A stretch of 34,880 nucleotides of DNA from a virus. The notes below the pieces were generated by a model. It made no database searches and was not told the origin of the DNA. It worked only from the letters and a program-made list of their open reading frames with translations. Positions 26,555 to 33,377 of this stretch are shown piece by piece. Each line of letters opens with the position of its first letter. Positions within the stretch are counted from its first letter, which is position 1. The DNA is taken from positions 1-34,880 of IMG/VR virus record IMGVR_UViG_3300002859_000001, one strand, 5' to 3'. The position numbers and the translations under genes are program-made.

Positions 26555-27209
26555 CTTCGTCGCCCTCCGTGCCTGAAAGCGCTTCGTTCCGATCTGTGCG
26601 CCTGAATAGTTCTTCGACAGAATCAGAAAGATTGACTTCGTCTTCTTCCAGGACAATTTCGATTCCAGATTCCAGCCGGAAAGCCGGCCGAACGCCATAG
26701 TAGCCATCGTACGCGCCGTGGTAGTAGAGGCTGCCGTCCGTGTAGACAAGCCGCGCGTCGTACGAATAGCCGGCGCGCGGGGTTATCAGCCACCACCAGT
26801 CGTCAAGTTCAAGAAGGTCCTGTTCGGCGTACTTTTCAAATTGCTTCTGGGATAGAAGACCGATCTTGTCCTGGCTTGTCCCATATCCGGCGCCGCCCTG
26901 GTGATCCGAAAGGTCCCATTCAGTGGAAACGATCCTGTCTGTGTTGATCTTTCCGGCCGCCCTCAATGCCGACATGAAGTTTTCGTTCAGGTCTTTTCGA
27001 ATTGTGCTGTTTCGCCAGTCGTTCAGATTAAAACCTTCCGGGCGCTCGTATAAAAGCGGGAACAGGTTGAAAGGTCTGTCGCCGATTGATTCGGCCGTGA
27101 TAACAAGTGTCGTCCCGTCTGTGAAGTGTTCCAATATCCGAAGTGTAGCCGGTCCCGCGTTAAACTCTGACCCGATAGCCAGGTCCTTAATTTTTGTTTT
27201 TACTGCCAT
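26535..27209 (-). CDS. DGR target 2 candidate: stand-alone WWL..GVRPA variable-domain protein with acidic tail (alternative start 27227)
   Basis: AGGAGG sits 8 nt before ATG 27209. Same domain type as the N-terminus of target 1 (NDWRNSTIRKDLNENF ... DWWWLITPRAGYSY...GVRPAF). No signal peptide or TM. Ends EGDEDEDDDF. Confidence 0.7.
   Translation of the reverse strand: MAVKTKIKDLAIGSEFNAGPATLRILEHFTDGTTLVITAESIGDRPFNLFPLLYERPEGFNLNDWRNSTIRKDLNENFMSALRAAGKINTDRIVSTEWDLSDHQGGAGYGTSQDKIGLLSQKQFEKYAEQDLLELDDWWWLITPRAGYSYDARLVYTDGSLYYHGAYDGYYGVRPAFRLESGIEIVLEEDEVNLSDSVEELFRRTDRNEALSGTEGDEDEDDDF
26680..26783 (-). repeat. Third copy of the DGR repeat (VR2)
   Basis: Aligns without gaps to TR 5196-5301 with 22 mismatches: 9 have the A in TR, 6 have the A in VR2, and 7 have no A on either side. 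Confidence 0.6.
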
Positions 27210-27615
27210 TTTGTTTTCCTCCTTCATAATCTTCGATCACGACTTCGACGCGTGGGTTTTTCGGGTCCACAGCGAAGGAATCGGTGAAATATTCAATATG
27301 CTTCCAGCCGTCATTTTGTAGGACGCCCATGTGGACAAGGCTGTCCTGGACGAACTTCTTCGCAAACGCGATATTGTCTTTGTCGCGTCGCCTGTTCGGT
27401 TCAACCCATGTGTAATGGATAACGACCGGACCTGAAAACGTGACGCCGCGAAGCTGTGTTTTTATCATGTAGCCGATAACGTGTTCGGCCTGTTTCTTCA
27501 TAGACGCCGCCTTGTATTTGCCTTTTTTGCCGCGTTCTGCGTCTATGTACTCATTCAGTCCGGGCAATAGGCCCGGAACAGTGAATTTACAGCGCAAGAC
27601 TTCACTTCCTTTCAT
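27187..27615 (-). CDS. rusA: RusA-like Holliday junction resolvase
   Basis: 142 aa. RRRDKDNIAFAKKFVQDSLVHMGVLQNDGW matches the RusA D..N...K...D pattern. Confidence 0.75.
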   Translation of the reverse strand: MKGSEVLRCKFTVPGLLPGLNEYIDAERGKKGKYKAASMKKQAEHVIGYMIKTQLRGVTFSGPVVIHYTWVEPNRRRDKDNIAFAKKFVQDSLVHMGVLQNDGWKHIEYFTDSFAVDPKNPRVEVVIEDYEGGKQNGSKNKN

Positions 27616-28475
27616 TCCAGGCCAAGAAGCTTCCTGGCCTTATCTCTTCGATCTATCGCGTTCCCTGTTCGCCTGGAATCGCCGACCAGTTTCAGCCGGA
27701 TCTGACACATTCCCAGGACGCGGTCATATGTTCGCGAATGTGCCAGGGAAGGCGGGTTCTTTAGGTCTTCCATGGATAGGTTCGTCGTGACGATCAGTGG
27801 CATTCCGGACCTTGACCTGGTATCAACGACGTTGAAGACCTGTTCCACGGAATAGGACGTGTCCCGCTCGACGCCAAGATCGTCAATGACCAGCAATTTA
27901 TAACGCTGTAACTTGTCAATGAACGCCTGGCGTTCTTCGTCGAAGCCTTGAAGCCTGTTCAGGATTCGGGGGAAGTTCGTCACACTGACCGACACCAGCT
28001 TTTCAAGAAGGGCGTTCGCTATGCAACAGGCCAGGAATGACTTTCCGGTTCCGACGCCGCCATAAAACAGAATTCCGATATTGTCCTTTTTCATTTCCTC
28101 CCAGTTCTCGACGTACTTCCGGCATACTTGCGATACTTCCGGATTTCTCTTGTCGTCCTGGTCGAAAGTGTATTGAAGATATGCTGGATCGGTTATCCCG
28201 TCTTTCTGTAACATAGACATTCGCTGGTGAAATTCTTTGCGTTCTCGATCAGCTTTTTCTTTTGCGATTTCTTCCTGTCTGCATTTACAAGCCACGCCGA
28301 CGCGTCTGACTTTTTTCTGTCCGAAGCTTTCTGGAAGCGTAATTTCAAATTGCTTCCGCGTGTGACATTTTCCGCAAACAAGGAATCCTTCGCCGTCAGT
28401 GTAGTCGCCTTCTTCGTAGTTGTTCAGGCTTTTAGCCGCCAGACTGTCAAATATGGCATTTCCTAATGGTTCCAT
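27612..28475 (-). CDS. DnaC/IstB-like AAA+ helicase loader
   Basis: Walker A GGVGTGKSF, Walker B LLVIDDLG, and an N-terminal Cys cluster. Confidence 0.85.
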   Translation of the reverse strand: MEPLGNAIFDSLAAKSLNNYEEGDYTDGEGFLVCGKCHTRKQFEITLPESFGQKKVRRVGVACKCRQEEIAKEKADRERKEFHQRMSMLQKDGITDPAYLQYTFDQDDKRNPEVSQVCRKYVENWEEMKKDNIGILFYGGVGTGKSFLACCIANALLEKLVSVSVTNFPRILNRLQGFDEERQAFIDKLQRYKLLVIDDLGVERDTSYSVEQVFNVVDTRSRSGMPLIVTTNLSMEDLKNPPSLAHSRTYDRVLGMCQIRLKLVGDSRRTGNAIDRRDKARKLLGLE

Positions 28476-28479
28476 GCGA

Positions 28480-29250
28480 TCACCCCTTCAAGAAGTCTTC
28501 GTCGTCGTCGTAATTCTTTTCGGCTGTGGCCTTCTTGACGATCGCCGGCTGACATTCATCATTCCAGCGTTCACCGCGAAGGAATGTGGCTGGATATGGA
28601 ATGTACTGTCCGCCTTCTTTGGTCCATTGATCAGATTTGTTCCAGCGCTCGACGCCTTCCACGATTGCGGCTGTCGTTTCTTCATCAGGCTTTATCTGTC
28701 CCCAGGCTTTGATCGCGTCTTTCTTTCCGACCCGTTTCGGATACACTGACCAGAAAAGATCAAACCCGTCCACCACACCGGCGTCTTTTACGCCCGGTTT
28801 CGTTTTCGTTTCTCGTTCCTCGTTTACGTTCTCGTTCTCGTTTACGGGGACATTTGCTAACATTTGATTGCAAGTGTTATCACGCGCATCTGATTTCTTT
28901 TGCTTGCAAGTGCTATCAAATGAAACAGGAAGCGGAAACTTGCTTTTTGACGCTCTCCGTTGCTGGTGCTTGTCCCACGAAAGAAGTTTCAGATACTTTT
29001 TTCCGTCGTCTGCGGTGTATGTTGCGACTAATCCGGCGCGGCACAGTTCATCAAGCCAGGACTGAACTTTTGATTCCTTCGGGAACGATAGGGGAAAGCA
29101 ACTTCCGATTATGATCTTCGGGTTTCCGTGAAACAGGCCGAAGTCGTCCGCCTTAACAATCAGCCGATAAAACAGGACTTCCGCTTCCGGGGATATATTC
29201 GCCAGTTCTTCGGACGTGCAAATGGATTCTTTTATGATCCTGTTCGGCAT
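28480..29250 (-). CDS. Phage replisome organiser / DnaD-like replication initiation protein
   Basis: N-terminal IKESICTSEELANISPEAEVLFYRLIVKADDFG and C-terminal FDLFWSVYPKRVGKKDAIKAW are typical of replisome-organiser proteins. Upstream of the DnaC-like gene. Confidence 0.7.
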   Translation of the reverse strand: MPNRIIKESICTSEELANISPEAEVLFYRLIVKADDFGLFHGNPKIIIGSCFPLSFPKESKVQSWLDELCRAGLVATYTADDGKKYLKLLSWDKHQQRRASKSKFPLPVSFDSTCKQKKSDARDNTCNQMLANVPVNENENVNEERETKTKPGVKDAGVVDGFDLFWSVYPKRVGKKDAIKAWGQIKPDEETTAAIVEGVERWNKSDQWTKEGGQYIPYPATFLRGERWNDECQPAIVKKATAEKNYDDDEDFLKG

Positions 29251-29264
29251 TCCATTTCACCCCC

Positions 29265-30038
29265 TCACGCTTTCTTCTGGCACGAACGACACAGTTCGCG
29301 CCCGAACTTCTTCATGGAATAACCCTGTTCAGCTTCTGAAATAGGTCCGCCGCATTCAGGACACACAGCGCCACCGCTGGACGCGCCCTGTTTGGCTGTG
29401 TGCGCCGTTTGGCTTGTTGCCTGGGTGTTTGTATTGCCAGACCCGTTTCGCGCTCCTGTGGTCGATTTTGGCGGTCCTTCTGACTTGCCTGTCATATTGA
29501 AGCGGACTGTCCCCGAACGATCCATAATGACCAGTTCGGATATTTCACGCCTGTCGTTGTATCCGATATGTGACACTTCGAACCTGGTGTTCGGATAACA
29601 CCTGTAAATGTCTTTCGCTCCTTGCTTTTCGCTGTAATACTCCGAATCACCAAGTTCGACATAGATGAAGGGTCCGGTGTATAGTTCGCGGCCGATTCCG
29701 ACGTTGAATCCGGCGCGCTTGAATGCGTCCGAAGCCTGTCCTTTTTCCTTTTCGGTGTTGCTCTCGACGCCAACGTCCTGTTTTCTGACCCAGGTTTTCT
29801 TTTCTTCGTCCCACACGTCAATATTGCAGAACAGATTGCCGTTGATTACTTCGTGGGTCCTTTGCCAGTTGCCAGGGCCGAAGACCTGGTCAAGAATTCG
29901 CATATCGACACGGGCGTCTTTGTAGATCAGAAGGACGGCGCCGACACGGCCAGATTTGTTCTTGCTGACACTTTGAACGCGACACTCAACGTCCTGGGCT
30001 GTCAGTAATGGAATTTCAAACTGTTTCATTTCCGGCAT
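29265..30038 (-). CDS. Rad52/Sak-family single-strand annealing protein with C-terminal zinc ribbon (ORF track start 30059)
   Basis: QASDAFKRAGFNVGIGRELY is the conserved Rad52-fold motif. C-terminal CPECG...CRSC. Confidence 0.75.
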   Translation of the reverse strand: MPEMKQFEIPLLTAQDVECRVQSVSKNKSGRVGAVLLIYKDARVDMRILDQVFGPGNWQRTHEVINGNLFCNIDVWDEEKKTWVRKQDVGVESNTEKEKGQASDAFKRAGFNVGIGRELYTGPFIYVELGDSEYYSEKQGAKDIYRCYPNTRFEVSHIGYNDRREISELVIMDRSGTVRFNMTGKSEGPPKSTTGARNGSGNTNTQATSQTAHTAKQGASSGGAVCPECGGPISEAEQGYSMKKFGRELCRSCQKKA

Positions 30039-30900
30039 TTTCCGCCGACCTCCTTTCAAGGTAGTAATTGCAGAATTCGCAAGCGGAACAATAATCAGCG
30101 CATTTCTTGTCTTCGCCTGGGCGGACCTGAATTTCGTCGCCGCTGTTGTCCGATTTCCACTTTTCAGCTTCTTCCATGCTATCCAGTACGCGAAGGGCTG
30201 TCTTGCGGCCTTTCTTCATGACTGCGAATTTGTCGCCGCTGTTGAAGCGTTCTTCCGGCGTACAGATCGGAAGGTCTTCGTCGGCCAGCTTTTCAGCTTC
30301 TGCGACCTCTGCGAATCTTGCTGTCAGCCATTCTTCGCATTCAACGAAGTCGGCTTCTGTGAATTTGAATTTCACGGTATGGACCGGAAATTTCGGATAG
30401 TCAGCTTTGATCTTTGCGTCGCGCTTGCTATGGTCTTTCAGGAATGCGACGATCTCGCCACCCTGGGCGTCGAATCCAATCTTTCGAAGCATATAGCAAT
30501 AGATCAGCGTCTGGCGTCGCCAGTCTTCAAAGTCCCCGAAGATGATCTTCCAGACAGAAGCGGTCTTATAATCTGTAACAATTTTCGTTTCGTCTGAATA
30601 AAGATCGAATTGTCCGGACAGAATATAATTACAGAAGGGAACCTTGATTCGTTCTTCCTTTAATTCGTGGCCGGCTTCCTGGTGCTTTTCAAGGATACCG
30701 TGAACGGCCGTCCCAAACAGAAGCCAGACCATGTCCGAAACGTCGCGTTCGATCTCTTTGTCGTGGCGGCGTTCCAGGATCGTTTCCCTGACACCTTTCA
30801 AAAGAGAAGTCACGCGGTATTCGTTCGGTTCGAATACATAGTCGCGCTGGGCCAGGCTGACAAAAGGGGAAGGAAGGTTCATATTGTTGGTAATGATCAT
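30016..30900 (-). CDS. PD-(D/E)XK (Cas4/RecB-like) exonuclease with C-terminal Cys cluster
   Basis: GQFDLY...IVTDYKT core motifs plus C..YC..C..C at the C-terminus. Paired with the annealase. Confidence 0.75.
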   Translation of the reverse strand: MIITNNMNLPSPFVSLAQRDYVFEPNEYRVTSLLKGVRETILERRHDKEIERDVSDMVWLLFGTAVHGILEKHQEAGHELKEERIKVPFCNYILSGQFDLYSDETKIVTDYKTASVWKIIFGDFEDWRRQTLIYCYMLRKIGFDAQGGEIVAFLKDHSKRDAKIKADYPKFPVHTVKFKFTEADFVECEEWLTARFAEVAEAEKLADEDLPICTPEERFNSGDKFAVMKKGRKTALRVLDSMEEAEKWKSDNSGDEIQVRPGEDKKCADYCSACEFCNYYLERRSAENAGNETV

Positions 30901-31148
30901 TATTCAGCGCCCCCTTCCAGCTTTGCCAGGGCGTTATCTCTCTCGATCGCCAGGGTGTCAGCCACGGATTCCAGTTCTGCGACCTTTGCTTCGGCCTGTT
31001 CGGCGCGCTCTTTTTGCTTTTGGTAGTCCTTGAACCACATATCAGAAGAAGACTGACTGTTTGCGGCTTGCTGTTTTAATTCCTGATTTTCGACCAGGAT
31101 ATTGAAGATAAAAGCCTTCACGGCTTCGGTATCATAAAGGTTTAACAC
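30900..31148 (-). CDS. Coiled-coil hypothetical protein
   Basis: 82 aa, with heptad-like QKQKERAEQAEAKVAELESVADTLAIERD. Confidence 0.4.
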   Translation of the reverse strand: MLNLYDTEAVKAFIFNILVENQELKQQAANSQSSSDMWFKDYQKQKERAEQAEAKVAELESVADTLAIERDNALAKLEGGAE

Positions 31149-31185
31149 TTGTAATTCCTCCTTTTTCGTGGTAGATTAAGAATAG

Positions 31186-31341
31186 TTAGTTTTTTTCAGT
31201 GGGACCGTTGCGCTTTGTGGTGATTGCGTAGCGGTCTTTTTCTATTGATTCAATAGTGATATGTTCTTCGCCCAGAAGAAGAAGGGCCTTGACGACCTTG
31301 GCGACCTGGACCGGCGAAAGCGTCTTCGGCTTGTACTTCAT
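31186..31341 (-). CDS. Small hypothetical protein (51 aa, MKYKPKTLSPVQVAKVVKALLLLGEEH...)
   Basis: Strong AAAGGAGGA RBS 6 nt before ATG 31341. Overlaps the tail of the 2-TM ORF out of frame. Confidence 0.45.
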   Translation of the reverse strand: MKYKPKTLSPVQVAKVVKALLLLGEEHITIESIEKDRYAITTKRNGPTEKN

Positions 31342-31552
31342 GGCTTGTCCTCCTTTCCGCGTATTCTTCGAACCCTCCGGCTAAGTATGTGAAAAGTACC
31401 CACAAGCCCATGAAGACGAAGGATCGGATCGTTCCTTCCAGAAGCGGGACCGTATCACATTCGACGGCTCCGACGCTTCCAAGCATTAAGAAGAACATGA
31501 AGAAGGCAATCACGCCGAATAGGGTTCGTCTTTGCTTCCGCCTTTTTCTCAT
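31250..31552 (-). CDS. Small two-TM membrane protein (start at MRKRRKQRR)
   Basis: ATGA overlap with the upstream stop. Basic N-terminus, then FGVIAFFMFFLMLGSVGAV and FVFMGLWVLFTYLAGG. The C-terminal tail is low-complexity and may be non-functional read-through. Confidence 0.4.
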   Translation of the reverse strand: MRKRRKQRRTLFGVIAFFMFFLMLGSVGAVECDTVPLLEGTIRSFVFMGLWVLFTYLAGGFEEYAERRTSHEVQAEDAFAGPGRQGRQGPSSSGRRTYHY

Positions 31553-31728
31553 AGCGGCCGCCTTCCATCTTGTGCCTGTTTCTGATCTGGCTTGTCCTTC
31601 TTTACAACTTTTTTCGAAGGAACCGCGATTCCCATTTTCGCGGCGCATATCTTACCGAAGCCGATCGCGATATAATCCGGGTTTTTCAGTGTGCGCCCAC
31701 AACGGCCGCATTGTGCAAAGTCTGACAT
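31549..31728 (-). CDS. Small zinc-ribbon-like protein (59 aa; CGRCGRTL...GFGKIC)
   Basis: Hand-translated ORF below the track cut-off. The CxxCGRxL ... G.G..C pattern recalls a small phage family I believe is DUF6011. Confidence 0.45.
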   Translation of the reverse strand: MSDFAQCGRCGRTLKNPDYIAIGFGKICAAKMGIAVPSKKVVKKDKPDQKQAQDGRRPL

Positions 31729-31871
31729 TCTTTCACTCCTTTCCTTTTAGCGCGTTCGCGCTCCCATGCTTCGAATTGTTTTTTGACTTCCGGGTCCTTG
31801 AAGTATTCAGCCACGACTTCGATCAGCGGAAGGGCCAGTCGTTCAAGTTGATGTTCTGGTATTTGTGCCAT
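31686..31871 (-). CDS. Hypothetical early protein (61 aa)
   Basis: ORF with GGAGGAAC RBS right after the HTH gene. Confidence 0.4.
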   Translation of the reverse strand: MAQIPEHQLERLALPLIEVVAEYFKDPEVKKQFEAWERERAKRKGVKECQTLHNAAVVGAH

Positions 31872-31883
31872 TGTTGTTCCTCC

Positions 31884-32054
31884 TTATTTCGTTCTTCTGG
31901 ACGTTTCGAATTCTTCAAGGTCTTTCGGCGTGATACGGTACATTTTCCCGATTTTGATTGCAGGGAGTTTCTTTTCACGAATCCACGCCCAGACAGTGAT
32001 CAGCTTAACGCCGAACTTTTCTGCTACTTCTTCGCAAGACAGATATTTTTCCAT
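31884..32054 (-). CDS. Excisionase-family (HTH_17/MerR-like) DNA-binding protein in the Cro position
   Basis: Hand-translated 56 aa: MEKYLSCEEVAEKFGVKLITVWAWIREKKLPAIKIGKMYRITPKDLEEF. AAAGGAGG RBS. First gene of the leftward operon, divergent from the repressor. Confidence 0.7.
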   Translation of the reverse strand: MEKYLSCEEVAEKFGVKLITVWAWIREKKLPAIKIGKMYRITPKDLEEFETSRRTK

Positions 32055-32265
32055 TTTTTAACCTCCTTTCACTTGCGTTTTGTTCGGTATAGTGATATAC
32101 TTACATTTGCTACAATGTGCTTATCACCATAAACCGATCCGCCGGAAGTTCGTGCTTCCAGGGGGCGTCTTTCTTATACCGTTTTTCCGGGTATAGTCAT
32201 AGTATAATACCGAATCAACGACAAGTCAAGCACATTATACCGAATTAACGAAATAATTTTAGGAG
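32055..32265. promoter_or_regulatory. Divergent promoter/operator region of the genetic switch
   Basis: ATACCG/CGGTAT half-sites at 32085-32090 (inverted), 32176-32181, 32207-32212 and 32237-32242. A 15-nt direct repeat ataccgaatYaacga at 32207 and 32237 is exactly 30 bp apart. tataat at 32203-32208. Confidence 0.6.
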
Positions 32266-32679
32266 GTGTCTTGCTTGTTTGTAAATAACTTAAAAGAACT
32301 ATTAAAAGCCCAGTCAAAGAAACAGGGCGATCTCGCGCAATTTGTAGGCGTGAAGCCAAATACTGTTAGCGATTGGATCAACAAAGGGAATAGCCCAAAG
32401 ATCGAACACCTTTGCCGAATTGCCGAATATTTTTCGGTTTCTCTTGACTTTCTTTTGACAGGAAAAGAATCAGCTTGCGGCCATTCTGCTTCGTTTATAA
32501 CAAATAGTGCTGTTGTCCAGGGCAATAGTGCGACAACTCTGATAGTAAAAAACGGTCATACAGAAGAAAGAGAATTGAGGGATCAAGAAGTGGAGCTTCT
32601 TCGAATTTTCAATGTCCTGGATATTCGGAAGCAAACTTCCCTAATGGCTTTTGCTTACAGCCTGGAAGAAGGCAAATAA
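32266..32679 (+). CDS. XRE-family HTH repressor (CI-like; likely TTG start at 32275)
   Basis: LKELLKAQSKKQGDLAQFVGVKPNTVSDWINKGNSPKIEHLCRIAEYFSVSLDFLL is a textbook HTH_3 domain. No S24 peptidase domain is seen. Confidence 0.85.
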   Translation: MSCLFVNNLKELLKAQSKKQGDLAQFVGVKPNTVSDWINKGNSPKIEHLCRIAEYFSVSLDFLLTGKESACGHSASFITNSAVVQGNSATTLIVKNGHTEERELRDQEVELLRIFNVLDIRKQTSLMAFAYSLEEGK

Positions 32680-32682
32680 AAA

Positions 32683-32700
32683 AGACCGCCGAAGCGGTCT
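32683..32700. other. Perfect 7-bp hairpin agaccgc-cgaa-gcggtct after the repressor gene
   Basis: An A-run lies on its left, so the T-tract follows the stem only on the minus strand. On the plus strand it is followed directly by the GGAAGGAGG RBS of the next gene. Confidence 0.5.
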
Positions 32701-32714
32701 GGAAGGAGGTATAA

Positions 32715-33377
32715 ATGGCAAGCGTAAAAAGGTTCGCCGTATACGCTCTGCGTATAGTTGGTGTTTTATGGATTTTGTTTTGTATAATAGGCACGTTAGC
32801 GGTCGGATACGGATTTTTAGTCGTCGCTTTTCCTGGAATTATACCATTCTTTATTAAACCTTATCGGAAGTCGACGAAAAAAAGGATTGATCCTTTTGTA
32901 AGACAACAGATCGACCGCGAAAAGCAGATTTATTCTGAATCTGTTGATATTATGAAAAATACAAAAAACATTCAGACTTTCCTTCATAGGTTTTCGGACG
33001 TAGAACGCACGTCAAAAAATATCGTTTCGTTTTCCGGCTGTACTGAACAATTTGACAACGTCGGTCTGTTTTGCGATCTTCTTCCGAAAGTTATAGAAAA
33101 TGAAATTCTATCAGCCCGGGAACTTAAAACGGAAAAAGGCCGGAAGGATAGGTTGATGAAGGTTATAAACATACTGGAAGCATTTGAACGAGTTGACGAA
33201 GTTATGATTGAAGACGCAATTTCCAGACAGGAACATAGATTATTCTTGCTTTTAGAAGAAGGCGTTGATTGGTCAAAAGAGAAGACGCCAGATATAACCT
33301 TCACGCAACAAAAGATCAAAAATATGATTGATGAAAAAGCGGCCAGTATAATAAACGGGCGCGGTGATTCGCTATGA
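32715..33377 (+). CDS. Membrane-anchored hypothetical protein in the lysogeny module (moron; superinfection-exclusion/defence candidate)
   Basis: Strong RBS. N-terminal hydrophobic hairpin (IVGVLWILFCIIGTLAVGYGFLVVAFPGIIPFFI) then a ~160-aa helical soluble part. Visibly more A/T-rich than its neighbours. Confidence 0.6.
   Translation: MASVKRFAVYALRIVGVLWILFCIIGTLAVGYGFLVVAFPGIIPFFIKPYRKSTKKRIDPFVRQQIDREKQIYSESVDIMKNTKNIQTFLHRFSDVERTSKNIVSFSGCTEQFDNVGLFCDLLPKVIENEILSARELKTEKGRKDRLMKVINILEAFERVDEVMIEDAISRQEHRLFLLLEEGVDWSKEKTPDITFTQQKIKNMIDEKAASIINGRGDSL

Noticed and set aside
26535-26564. The acidic C-terminus EGDEDEDDDF of DGR target 2 could mimic the SSB C-terminal tip; the phage SSB ends DDDLPF.
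   Set aside because: Only the acidity and the terminal Phe are shared. The conserved Pro-Phe is missing, and acidic tails are common. It is noted as context but is not supportable from sequence alone.
28801-28850. A repetitive cgtt/ctcgtt tract that might have been a repeat array.
   Set aside because: It encodes a low-complexity NENENVNEERE linker in the replisome organiser. It has no spacer/repeat periodicity. No CRISPR-like array occurs anywhere in the window.
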